Virus record (IMG/VR): IMGVR_UViG_3300035678_000003
Coordinates: 1-50,847 of that record
Direction: 5' to 3' (one strand)
Source of the DNA: a virus
Lineage: Duplodnaviria; Caudoviricetes
DNA: 50,847 bases
Numbering within the stretch: position 1 is the first letter of the stretch; each line of letters starts with the position of its first letter. The notes under the pieces are model-generated. The model made no database searches, was not told where the DNA came from, and saw nothing but the letters and a program-made list of their open reading frames with translations. The translations under genes were made by a program, and so were the position numbers. Shown in pieces: positions 8,067 to 16,085 of this stretch.

Positions 8067-10132
8067 TGACGGTCCTGCGCGGATTCAAACCTAGCCAACT
8101 ACCCGACCTCGAAACCTTCGTTGCCGCTGACACCGAGACCTCCGGCCTGCACCCCGATGATGGCGGCCGGGTGGCCGTCGTGTCGGCCGCGTGGCACACG
8201 CCTTCGGGCAAGATCGAGTCGTGCGCCTTCCCGTTCTGGCAGGGCTTGTACGAGAAGCCCGACGTGCTGGAGAAGGCCGACTTCGGCTGGAAGGATTATG
8301 TCGAAGGGCCCGAGGTCCACGGGTACTTCAAGAATGGCAAACCCCGATCGAAGAAGATCCACCGGAAGTGGACGATCGAGGAGAAAATGGAGGCGCTCGG
8401 GGCTAACCCGAACCTCGGGCCGGAGGACTGGGCTATCCTGATCGAGTGGCTCCTGAAGGTACCGGGCCTGGTCTGGCACAACGCGCTGTTCGACCTCGTC
8501 GTGATGTACGCGGGCACCCCGGACTTCCCCGGCGTCGACCTGCTGCAGCACACGGCTTGGGACACCATGCTCGGGCAACGCGCCCTGGATCCGGAACACC
8601 CGCTCGCGCTGAAGGACACCGCCGAGCGGCTGTTCGACCGCCCGCCCACCGAACAAGACGCGCTGAAGGAGCACCTGAAATCGCGCAAGTTCCCGACCGC
8701 CGGTAAGAACGTGCGGTACGACTACGCCGACTGGGACGTGATGGAGGAGTACGCGGCAGTCGACACCGAGGACACGATCCAGCTCGCCCGGCACCAGTGG
8801 CACCGCTTCAGCGAGGGCGAGTCGAGCTGGGACCTGATGCACCACAACATGGACGTCATGGCCGCCCTGACCCGCATGGAGCAGCGCGGGGTGCCGTACA
8901 AGGCGGAGGAATCGTTGGTCTGGGCCGAGAAGCTCGACGCCCGGATCGCCGCCATGGTAGACGGGTTCCCGTTCAACCCGACCGCCCCGCAGGCGACTGA
9001 GTTCTTCTTCGGGCAGGGCGAGACCCAGCGCGGGGTGCACTGCCTCGGGCTTAAGCCCGTCAAGCTTACGGGCAACGGGAACGCGTCGCTTGATGGCGAG
9101 GTGGTGGACGAGCTGGCCGCTCGCGACGTGCCCTGGGCCAAGGAGTACCGCGAGTACGGAATGAGCCAGGACGCGGTCGGGAGGTACTACCGGGGGTACG
9201 CGGAAGCCACCGGGGAGGACGGCCGCCTGCGGACGCGCTTTCGGCAGACCGGGACCCGAGCGGGCCGCCTGTCGTGCGAGCGCGTCAACCTGCAGGCCAT
9301 CCCGCACGACCACCGCTTGCTCGCCGGTAACTCGGAGATCCTGGCGGAGGCTCCGAGCCCGCGCGCCCTGATTGAGATTCCCGAGGGCTACCGAGGGTTC
9401 CACATGGACCTCGCGCAGGCCGAGCTACGGGTTGCCGCCCTGGAGGCGCGGTGCGAGCCGATGCTGCAGTACTTCCACGAGGGACGCGACCCGCACGGCG
9501 AGACGGCTATCGGTCTGGGCCTCACCGCTGGCAAGGACGACCCGGATGGCATGGACTGGTACAAGGCGCGGTCCGTGATCGGGAAACGCTCGAACTTCTC
9601 GCTCGTCTTCGGCATCGGCCCTAAGAAGTTCCGCGAGGACCTGCGCAAGCAGTCCGGCATCGACTTCGGCATCAAGAAGGTGACCGAGATCCACAAGGAC
9701 TGGAACGCCCTATACCCCGAGTTCAGCCGCGCGATCAAGCGCCACATGTACGCGGCCGAGAAGCAGGGGTGGACGCCGATCAAGGGCGACCTGCGCCGTT
9801 ACTACACGCCGCTGGAGATGGGCATCGGGCCGGACGGCCGACGGCTGCAGTACAACGACCTGCACAAGGCGTTTAACCAGCGAGTACAGGGCCTGCTCGG
9901 CTGGTTCGGCCAGTATTGGCTCAAGAAGGCCGAACGGCACCTGTTGGACGCCGGGCTCGACGAGTTCGAGTGCGGCCTGCTGCTGCAGATTCACGACGCG
10001 CTGATGGTCATGGTCCCCGTAGGGATGGAGCACCTGGCCGAGGAGTGCGCCCAGATCGCCCGCGACATGTGGGTCGAGTGGTTCCCGGACGTCCCCGGCG
10101 GGGTGGACGTGGAGGAGTGGAACCACAAGTAG
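8066..10132 (+). CDS. family A DNA polymerase with 3'-5' exonuclease; DpoZ candidate
   Basis: DTETSG, HNALFD, GRLSC..NLQAIP, DLAQAELR, KRSNFSLVFG, QIHDA motifs; adjacent to purZ. Confidence 0.93.
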   Translation: MTVLRGFKPSQLPDLETFVAADTETSGLHPDDGGRVAVVSAAWHTPSGKIESCAFPFWQGLYEKPDVLEKADFGWKDYVEGPEVHGYFKNGKPRSKKIHRKWTIEEKMEALGANPNLGPEDWAILIEWLLKVPGLVWHNALFDLVVMYAGTPDFPGVDLLQHTAWDTMLGQRALDPEHPLALKDTAERLFDRPPTEQDALKEHLKSRKFPTAGKNVRYDYADWDVMEEYAAVDTEDTIQLARHQWHRFSEGESSWDLMHHNMDVMAALTRMEQRGVPYKAEESLVWAEKLDARIAAMVDGFPFNPTAPQATEFFFGQGETQRGVHCLGLKPVKLTGNGNASLDGEVVDELAARDVPWAKEYREYGMSQDAVGRYYRGYAEATGEDGRLRTRFRQTGTRAGRLSCERVNLQAIPHDHRLLAGNSEILAEAPSPRALIEIPEGYRGFHMDLAQAELRVAALEARCEPMLQYFHEGRDPHGETAIGLGLTAGKDDPDGMDWYKARSVIGKRSNFSLVFGIGPKKFREDLRKQSGIDFGIKKVTEIHKDWNALYPEFSRAIKRHMYAAEKQGWTPIKGDLRRYYTPLEMGIGPDGRRLQYNDLHKAFNQRVQGLLGWFGQYWLKKAERHLLDAGLDEFECGLLLQIHDALMVMVPVGMEHLAEECAQIARDMWVEWFPDVPGGVDVEEWNHK

Positions 10133-10158
10133 ACAGGGGTTTACCACCGTGGTAAGAT
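10130..10158 (+). promoter_or_regulatory. promoter and operator for the purZ operon
   Basis: TAGACA-17bp-TAAGAT; TTACCACCGTGGTAA at 10141..10155. Confidence 0.8.
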
Positions 10159-10193
10159 AGACCCTATTACCCTGCCCGATGGAGAGGAACAAC

Positions 10194-11354
10194 ATGTCAG
10201 GACGCCTTATCGTCGTGGTCGGCGGACAGTTCGGCAGCGAGGCCAAGGGCCACGTCGCTGCCCAGCTCGCCGAGTACCACGATGCGGATCTGGTCATCCG
10301 TACCGGCGGGCCGAACGCGGGCCACACCGTATACAGCCCCGCCCAGGTGGCACACGACGCGTCGACCGCCCACCCGTTCAAATTGCGGCAGCTGCCGACC
10401 GCCAGCGTGAGCAACCCCCGCTCGACGCTCGGAATCGCGGCCGGGGGGCTAATTGACCCCGAGCTGCTGGAGGAGGAGCTGAACTCGACCGACGCGAACC
10501 GCGTGCTGATCGACCCGGCCGCCACCATCCTGGAGCCGAAGCACCGCCACGCGGAGGAGGCCGACCCCGAGATGCAGTGGGGTTCGACCAAGGAAGGCAT
10601 CGGGGCCGCCCGTGCCGACCGTGTTCACCGGACGGCGCGCACGGCCGGGGACTGGTACAAGGAGTTCCCCAACAAGCGGGTCGCGCTGGCAGACCTGGCC
10701 CAGATCGCCCGCGACACGCTGCGACACGGTGGCGCGGTGCTGGTGGAGGCCGCCCAGGGCTACGGGCTCGGACTGCACACCGACTATTACCCGAAGACCA
10801 CATCGGCGGACTGCCGCGCGGTCGACGCACTGGCGGATGTTGGCCTGTCGCCCTGGTCCATTCCGTTCGTCGACCTGAACGTCTGGGTGGTCGTCCGCCC
10901 CTACCCGATCCGTGTGGCGGGGGAGTCCGGGCCGCTGGCAGGGGAGACCACCTGGGATGACCTCGGGCTGCCGGAGGAGCGGACCACAGTCACCAACAAG
11001 GTCCGGCGCGTCGGCGGCTGGGACCCCGAGCTGGTGTACAAGGCGATTCAGGCGAACGGGGGCGGCCTGGGTACCAACCCGAAGACCGTGCGCGTCGCCC
11101 TGACCATGGTCGACCAGGTGATCCCGAACCTGGCGAACGTCGGCTCGGGACACGAGCTGTTGAGCGCGGAGCTGCAGGACCTGTCCGACCTGATGGACTG
11201 GTTCCACCGGGTCGGCAACTGCGGGGCGGACGTCGGCATGATCACGACCTCGCCTTACTCGGCGGTGTTCGATATGGACGCGAACCCGATGGTCCGCGCC
11301 CTCACCCAGGCATCCAGGCTCGTCACGGAATCCCGCATGGCGGAACCCCTCTGA
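10194..11354 (+). CDS. purZ: PurZ (PurZ0-type) N6-succino-2-amino-2'-deoxyadenylate synthase, adenylosuccinate synthetase homolog
   Basis: GGQFGSEAKG (Ser at the PurA catalytic Asp), GPNAGHT, EAAQG, RTTVTNKVRRVG, LTMVDQ. Confidence 0.9.
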   Translation: MSGRLIVVVGGQFGSEAKGHVAAQLAEYHDADLVIRTGGPNAGHTVYSPAQVAHDASTAHPFKLRQLPTASVSNPRSTLGIAAGGLIDPELLEEELNSTDANRVLIDPAATILEPKHRHAEEADPEMQWGSTKEGIGAARADRVHRTARTAGDWYKEFPNKRVALADLAQIARDTLRHGGAVLVEAAQGYGLGLHTDYYPKTTSADCRAVDALADVGLSPWSIPFVDLNVWVVVRPYPIRVAGESGPLAGETTWDDLGLPEERTTVTNKVRRVGGWDPELVYKAIQANGGGLGTNPKTVRVALTMVDQVIPNLANVGSGHELLSAELQDLSDLMDWFHRVGNCGADVGMITTSPYSAVFDMDANPMVRALTQASRLVTESRMAEPL

Positions 11355-11836
11355 TGGCGGTCCACCAAGGGCCGGGGCTGTGTTACTGCGACTTGCTGGC
11401 ACAGCCCCACAAGGCCCATCAAGACGGAGTCGGCGGCATTTCGCTACAGACCGAGGAGGGTGCAGTGGTGTTCAACCCGGACCTGAGCAAGCCGACGGAG
11501 ACGTACGTCGGCGGAGGGCAGCGCGAGGCCAACGCGGGCCGCCCTCGCTACGACCTAATGTGGACCCGCAGCCAGCCGCTGGACGAGCAGATGCTGACGC
11601 GGGACGCCAAATGGATCGCCTACGGATCGGCGAAGTACGGCGAACGGAACTGGGAGGCATTTGAGGGCCCGGACGCCCTCGCCCGCTGCGAAGCGTCGCT
11701 CGGTCGGCACTACGCGGCCTTCATGCTGGGCGAGGACGACGAGGACCACGCGGCAGCTATCCGCGCCAATGTCCAGTTCATCGAGTACATCCGCTGGCGG
11801 ATGATCCCCGACGGAAGCACCGAAGGCCCATTCTAA
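11354..11836 (+). CDS. dATP/dGTP diphosphohydrolase-domain protein (DUF5664-like)
   Basis: GGQRE...GRPRYDL...YGSAKYGERNWE...RH...EDH.AA pattern; coupled to purZ by TGATG overlap. Confidence 0.8.
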   Translation: MAVHQGPGLCYCDLLAQPHKAHQDGVGGISLQTEEGAVVFNPDLSKPTETYVGGGQREANAGRPRYDLMWTRSQPLDEQMLTRDAKWIAYGSAKYGERNWEAFEGPDALARCEASLGRHYAAFMLGEDDEDHAAAIRANVQFIEYIRWRMIPDGSTEGPF

Positions 11837-11846
11837 GGAGAAATTC

Positions 11847-12722
11847 GTGTCCCTGACTGCCTACCTTGCCCGACCGATCGACCTGTCGTCCCTGACCGGC
11901 GCGCAGTCCAATCACCTGGCGTTCGTCGAGGACTACCTCCTCGAACGCGGCGTGGTCGTCTTCAAGCCCGCCGGAGCGTTCGCAGTGCCGCCCGAGACGC
12001 CCCCGCACGGCGCAATCCAGGACATCAACCGCTACGCCCTGGAACGATCCGACCTGCTCGTCGCGCTGTACCCCGAGGCCGTCGGGGTAGGCACCGCGAT
12101 GGAGCTGGAGTACGCCCGTGCGGCCAAAAAGCCCATCCTCGTCGTAACCGACGTGGCCCACAAGTCGTGGTCGCTGGCGGGGGTCCCGAAGGCCGTGAAG
12201 ACCCAGTTCCCGACGGGGTCCGAGGTCGAAGCCGTCGTCGCCTGGGCCCACCTGGCGCAGACCGAGCGGGAGAAGGATGGGGCGGCTGCTCGCCCGGTGC
12301 TCAAGTTCCAGCTCGACGACGATGCCAAGATGCCGACGCGTGGCTACGCCGGAGACGCCGGGTACGACCTGTACGTCCAAGAGGACATCGTGATTGGCCC
12401 GGACGCGTTCGCCGACGTGCCCATGGGCTGCGCGGTCGAGCTGCCGCCCGGCGTCTGGGGGTTCATCACCGGTCGCTCGTCGACCCTGCGCAAGCACAAC
12501 CTGCTGGTGACCACCGGAATCATCGACACGGGCTACCGAGGGCCGCTGTTCGCCGGGGTCAAGAATCTCGACTTCAACCGCCCGTTCACGGCGGAGAAGG
12601 GAACCCGGCTCGCCCAGCTCATCCCGCTCCCGAACCTCGCGGACGGTATGCTGGCGGTAGAAGCGCAAACCCTCGACCCGTCCGAGCGGGGAACCGCCGG
12701 ATTCGGGTCGTCTGGCCACTAG
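11847..12722 (+). CDS. fusion: nucleoside 2-deoxyribosyltransferase/N-glycosidase-like domain + trimeric dUTPase
   Basis: N-term AYLARP...SDLLVA...GTAMELEYARAAKKP; C-term AGYDL, GRSS, GIIDTGYRG, RLAQL, RGTAGFGSSG. Confidence 0.85.
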   Translation: MSLTAYLARPIDLSSLTGAQSNHLAFVEDYLLERGVVVFKPAGAFAVPPETPPHGAIQDINRYALERSDLLVALYPEAVGVGTAMELEYARAAKKPILVVTDVAHKSWSLAGVPKAVKTQFPTGSEVEAVVAWAHLAQTEREKDGAAARPVLKFQLDDDAKMPTRGYAGDAGYDLYVQEDIVIGPDAFADVPMGCAVELPPGVWGFITGRSSTLRKHNLLVTTGIIDTGYRGPLFAGVKNLDFNRPFTAEKGTRLAQLIPLPNLADGMLAVEAQTLDPSERGTAGFGSSGH

Positions 12723-12730
12723 GAGGGGCG

Positions 12731-13456
12731 ATGCCTGCTGGCAAGCCAATCAAACGGACGGCGGAGGAGCGCGCGAAGCTTCCGCCGTCCAAGCGGGGCG
12801 CGCACAACACCAAGCCGCCCGTGCCGCTCAAGCGCGAGCTGTGCGGCGCGACCAAGCCAAATAAGGAGAAGTGCGGCCTGCCCGCCGGGTACGGCACCGA
12901 CCACCCCGGCAAGGGCCCCTGCAAGCACCATTTCGGGAACACGGCCGGAGTGGTCCGGGGCGTAGCGATCGACGATGGCAAGGACGTTATCGCTACGCTG
13001 CGCGGAATGGGTGTCGAGATGGACATCGACCCTATCGACGCGCTCGTGTGGGAGGTGCGCAACTCGGCTGGACACGTCGCCTGGCGGCGCTCGATTATCG
13101 CCACCTGGGAGACCCGGGACAAGAAGGGTGACTTCATCCCGCTTACGGCGGAGCAGGAAAACTTCTACGCTGCGTACCTGGAAGAGCGCAAGCAGCTCGT
13201 CTACGCCGCCCGGATGGCCGAAGCGGCTGGCGTGCAGCAGCGGGCAATCACGATCTCGGAGAAGCAGAGCGTCATGCTCGCGGACGCGGTCGAGGCCATC
13301 CTTATTGGGCTCGGGCTGTCCGAGCGGCAAAAGGAGCTGGTGCCGGAGATTGTGCCGCCCACCCTGCGCGCGATCGCCATGCGCGTGCCGCTGCTGGAGG
13401 AGCTCGTGAGCACGGATCCGGACATCAACGAAGCGTGGATCGAGAGGAACCGATGA
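12731..13456 (+). CDS. putative terminase small subunit / DNA-binding protein
   Basis: CGA...C...AGYGTDHPGKGPCKHHFG motif followed by a helical region; AGGAGG RBS. Confidence 0.55.
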   Translation: MPAGKPIKRTAEERAKLPPSKRGAHNTKPPVPLKRELCGATKPNKEKCGLPAGYGTDHPGKGPCKHHFGNTAGVVRGVAIDDGKDVIATLRGMGVEMDIDPIDALVWEVRNSAGHVAWRRSIIATWETRDKKGDFIPLTAEQENFYAAYLEERKQLVYAARMAEAAGVQQRAITISEKQSVMLADAVEAILIGLGLSERQKELVPEIVPPTLRAIAMRVPLLEELVSTDPDINEAWIERNR

Positions 13457-13770
13457 CCAACACCTGGAACTACTTGATCGCGGCCGGACAGGAGATCGCG
13501 ACATCCGCCCGTCCGGCCGAGTGGCGGGCCCGCGTCGACGCCCTGCTGGTCTGGCACCTGAACAAGACGGCTGCCGACGCGGCTATCGAGTACTCCCGCC
13601 TGATCAACGAGAATGTCGCGCCGGAGATCGCCGCCATGTCCGTCGAGATGGGGGCCGAGTACCTGATGGCGATGGAAGCGGCGGCCGACGTGCTGGGCGT
13701 CGGTTACTCCAAGTGGTCGGTGGACGCAAATTTCAAGAAGGCGTTCCCGAACGCCAAGAGTGACGGATAG
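13453..13770 (+). CDS. hypothetical protein
   Basis: ATGA overlap, GAGAGGA RBS. Confidence 0.75.
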   Translation: MTNTWNYLIAAGQEIATSARPAEWRARVDALLVWHLNKTAADAAIEYSRLINENVAPEIAAMSVEMGAEYLMAMEAAADVLGVGYSKWSVDANFKKAFPNAKSDG

Positions 13771-13779
13771 TAATCAAGA

Positions 13780-13833
13780 TGATGAGTTTATAGCAAGACA
13801 TGTACCCAGGGTGGGCTTGCTATAAACTCATCA
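13780..13833. repeat. perfect 18-bp inverted repeat with 18-bp core (element A)
   Basis: TGATGAGTTTATAGCAAG - ACATGTACCCAGGGTGGG - CTTGCTATAAACTCATCA. Confidence 0.95.
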
Positions 13834-13844
13834 GGCGCTACTAC

Positions 13845-13879
13845 GGGCGGTGACGACTCTACGGGTGTCGTCACCGCCC
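13845..13879. repeat. 13-bp perfect inverted repeat
   Basis: GGGCGGTGACGAC / GTCGTCACCGCCC. Confidence 0.85.
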
Positions 13880-13904
13880 ACCTATATACGGGGAGTAGTC
13901 GGGA

Positions 13905-13934
13905 TTGCGGGGTATCTTACCATCGTGGTAAGGT
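13905..13934 (+). promoter_or_regulatory. promoter with operator
   Basis: TTGCGG-18bp-TAAGGT; TTACCATCGTGGTAA at 13917..13931. Confidence 0.7.
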
Positions 13935-13961
13935 GGTAACCCTACCCCGGAGGTGTGCACG

Positions 13962-14255
13962 ATGTCGGTTCCCAGACCATCCGCAGTAGTGCGGGTGTTC
14001 TACATCGCCAAGTACACGTTCAAGCTGACGGAAAACCACGACGGCACCTTCGCCGTCGTCAAGGTCCCCATCGTCAACCCGGTTCGGCGATCCATGGAGA
14101 TGCCCCAGCCGGACGCCCTGATCTTCAGTCGCAAGATCGCCGCCATGGGTGGGCAGTCGAAGGTAATGCGCTGGAAGACGAACCAGGGCATGTACGGCGA
14201 ATGGGTCTTGGTAGAGGATTCGAACAAACCCGACAAGGAGAAGCGCAATGGCTAG
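13962..14255 (+). CDS. hypothetical protein
   Basis: GGAGG RBS, follows promoter. Confidence 0.75.
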   Translation: MSVPRPSAVVRVFYIAKYTFKLTENHDGTFAVVKVPIVNPVRRSMEMPQPDALIFSRKIAAMGGQSKVMRWKTNQGMYGEWVLVEDSNKPDKEKRNG

Positions 14256-14982
14256 ACACCGCAAACCTCGTACCCGCAAGTACCGCTTGCTGGGCTACTT
14301 GGTCGGCCCGCTCCTGATGGCCGCCTTGACCGCCTGCGGCTTCGCGGGACCCGACGCGCCCCCGGAGGCTGCAGCATGGACGGCCCCTTCGTCGGTCCCG
14401 GTCGCTTTGCCCTCCCCGAGCAGCCCGCCCCCGTCCATCGTGCCTGCAGCCCCTTCATCGACCCGACCGACGCCCCCGACCACTTCTACAGCAGCCCGCA
14501 CGACCCCTTCGACCACCAAGGCGGCCCCGAAGACCGTGCCGAGTAAGAAGCCCGCCGTCGCCCCGGCCGCCAAGCCGAAGCCCGCCGCGAAGCCGTCCAC
14601 CTCCGGGTGCGACTGGCGGACCGAGTTCGCCCGGAACGCGGCCTCGATGCCCGGCAAATGGAACGCCGTTGCGATGACCGAGACCGGGTCCAGCGCCGAA
14701 ACCCAGGTCAGTACCGGAGAGGTCTGGGTACGCACCGACGTGGCGTGCGTCTACCTGCACGACCTTATGCTGCACGAGTCGATGCACGTCCGCCAGGGAC
14801 GCATCTACGGGACCGCTGCGGCGGCCTCTCGTGCGCTCGGGGCGTACGGCGGTATCGAGGTCAACGCGGACTGCGCCGCCCGTGCGGCTGGCGCACGCAA
14901 CGGCTCGGGCTACACCGACGGCCCATGCGCGGGCAAGTACGCCGAGGCTGGTCGCGCCACGCTCGCCGGGCGGTCGGTCTGA
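14248..14982 (+). CDS. lipoprotein with Pro/Thr/Ser-rich linker and HExxH metallopeptidase-like domain
   Basis: Basic N-terminus, hydrophobic stretch, LTAC lipobox; LHESMH then E.NADC. Confidence 0.75.
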   Translation: MARHRKPRTRKYRLLGYLVGPLLMAALTACGFAGPDAPPEAAAWTAPSSVPVALPSPSSPPPSIVPAAPSSTRPTPPTTSTAARTTPSTTKAAPKTVPSKKPAVAPAAKPKPAAKPSTSGCDWRTEFARNAASMPGKWNAVAMTETGSSAETQVSTGEVWVRTDVACVYLHDLMLHESMHVRQGRIYGTAAAASRALGAYGGIEVNADCAARAAGARNGSGYTDGPCAGKYAEAGRATLAGRSV

Positions 14983-15368
14983 TGGCGTTCAAGAAGACAG
15001 CGGCGCAGGTCGCCCGTCAGAAGCTCATGGGACCCGCTGCCAACGACGAGTTCGACCTGCTCGACCAGGAACGCGGCGTGTGCCCGGACCACACCGCGCC
15101 TGGCGAGAGCACGACAATGTGGTGCGCCTACCAGCCCAAGACGCTGTGGGGCCACACCGCGAAGGGGCGGCTGCTGTATCTGCCCCGGACCGAGATGGTC
15201 GTGGTCCCGTTCGAGATGACCGACTCGGGCTGGAACGTGGTAGTGGTCCGGGGGAACAAAACCTACCCGCGCGGTGGCTACCACCTCTGCCTCGGAATGG
15301 CCGAGATCGAGTGCGCTATCGTTTTGGACCGGGAAGGTCTGGGCCCCGGCAATGACCGACCCGAATGA
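14982..15368 (+). CDS. hypothetical protein
   Basis: TGATG coupling with upstream gene. Confidence 0.7.
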   Translation: MAFKKTAAQVARQKLMGPAANDEFDLLDQERGVCPDHTAPGESTTMWCAYQPKTLWGHTAKGRLLYLPRTEMVVVPFEMTDSGWNVVVVRGNKTYPRGGYHLCLGMAEIECAIVLDREGLGPGNDRPE

Positions 15369-15597
15369 GCCCGAAGGTTATGATGCCTACATCGACTACG
15401 TCTGTGGTCGTACCGTCGAGGACGCGCCCGAGGAGAAGCCCGTGAACGACGCTGACACGCCGATCTTCAACGCGCTGTTGGAGGAACACCCGAACTTGGT
15501 CGCCCTGCTGGAGCCGGAATGCCCGCGTGTGCGCCGTCGTCGGCTGGCGCACCGCCCGCGCCGCCGGATGCCCACCCCATACCCCCGGGGCGAGTGA
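15352..15597 (+). CDS. hypothetical protein
   Basis: Overlapping operon gene. Confidence 0.6.
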   Translation: MTDPNEPEGYDAYIDYVCGRTVEDAPEEKPVNDADTPIFNALLEEHPNLVALLEPECPRVRRRRLAHRPRRRMPTPYPRGE

Positions 15598-16085
15598 TGG
15601 GGACACGGCTGGCGGGCCGGACAGTCGAGGAGAAGCTGCGGTTCAACGTCGAATACGTCGGCAGCACCTGCTGCTTGCTCTGGACGGGCACGAAGACGGG
15701 CAACGGGTACGGCTCGATCCACTTGAATGGCTCGTCCGTCCCCGTGCACCGGGTGGCCTACGAGCTGTGGGTGGGGCCGCTGCACGCCGACGACACGGTC
15801 GACCATAAGCCCCGGTGCCGCCGCGCCCTGTGTATCAACCCCGCCCACCTCGAAGCGGTGTCGGGGCCGGAGAACACCCGGCGGATGAACGCGGCGCTGC
15901 GCGAGATCAAGCAGGCGGCCGACCTGGGCATCCGAGTGGCGTGCGGCAGGCCCCGTCCCGGCAGCGGCACCACAATCTACTGTGAAATGGAACAGACCTG
16001 GCACCGGACTCACCGCGTGCCGGGCTCGCACCTTCACCACGGCCGGGGCAAGGGCGGCCGTTGGTACACCTGGGAGGACCGATGA
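15597..16085 (+). CDS. HNH endonuclease
   Basis: CLLWTG...GYG...VHRVAYEL..G...DH..C....CINPAHL...EN. Confidence 0.9.
   Translation: MGTRLAGRTVEEKLRFNVEYVGSTCCLLWTGTKTGNGYGSIHLNGSSVPVHRVAYELWVGPLHADDTVDHKPRCRRALCINPAHLEAVSGPENTRRMNAALREIKQAADLGIRVACGRPRPGSGTTIYCEMEQTWHRTHRVPGSHLHHGRGKGGRWYTWEDR

Noticed and set aside
10194-11354. Ordinary PurA auxiliary metabolic gene
   Set aside because: Catalytic Asp replaced by Ser, TTVT loop, and polymerase/dNTPase context fit PurZ
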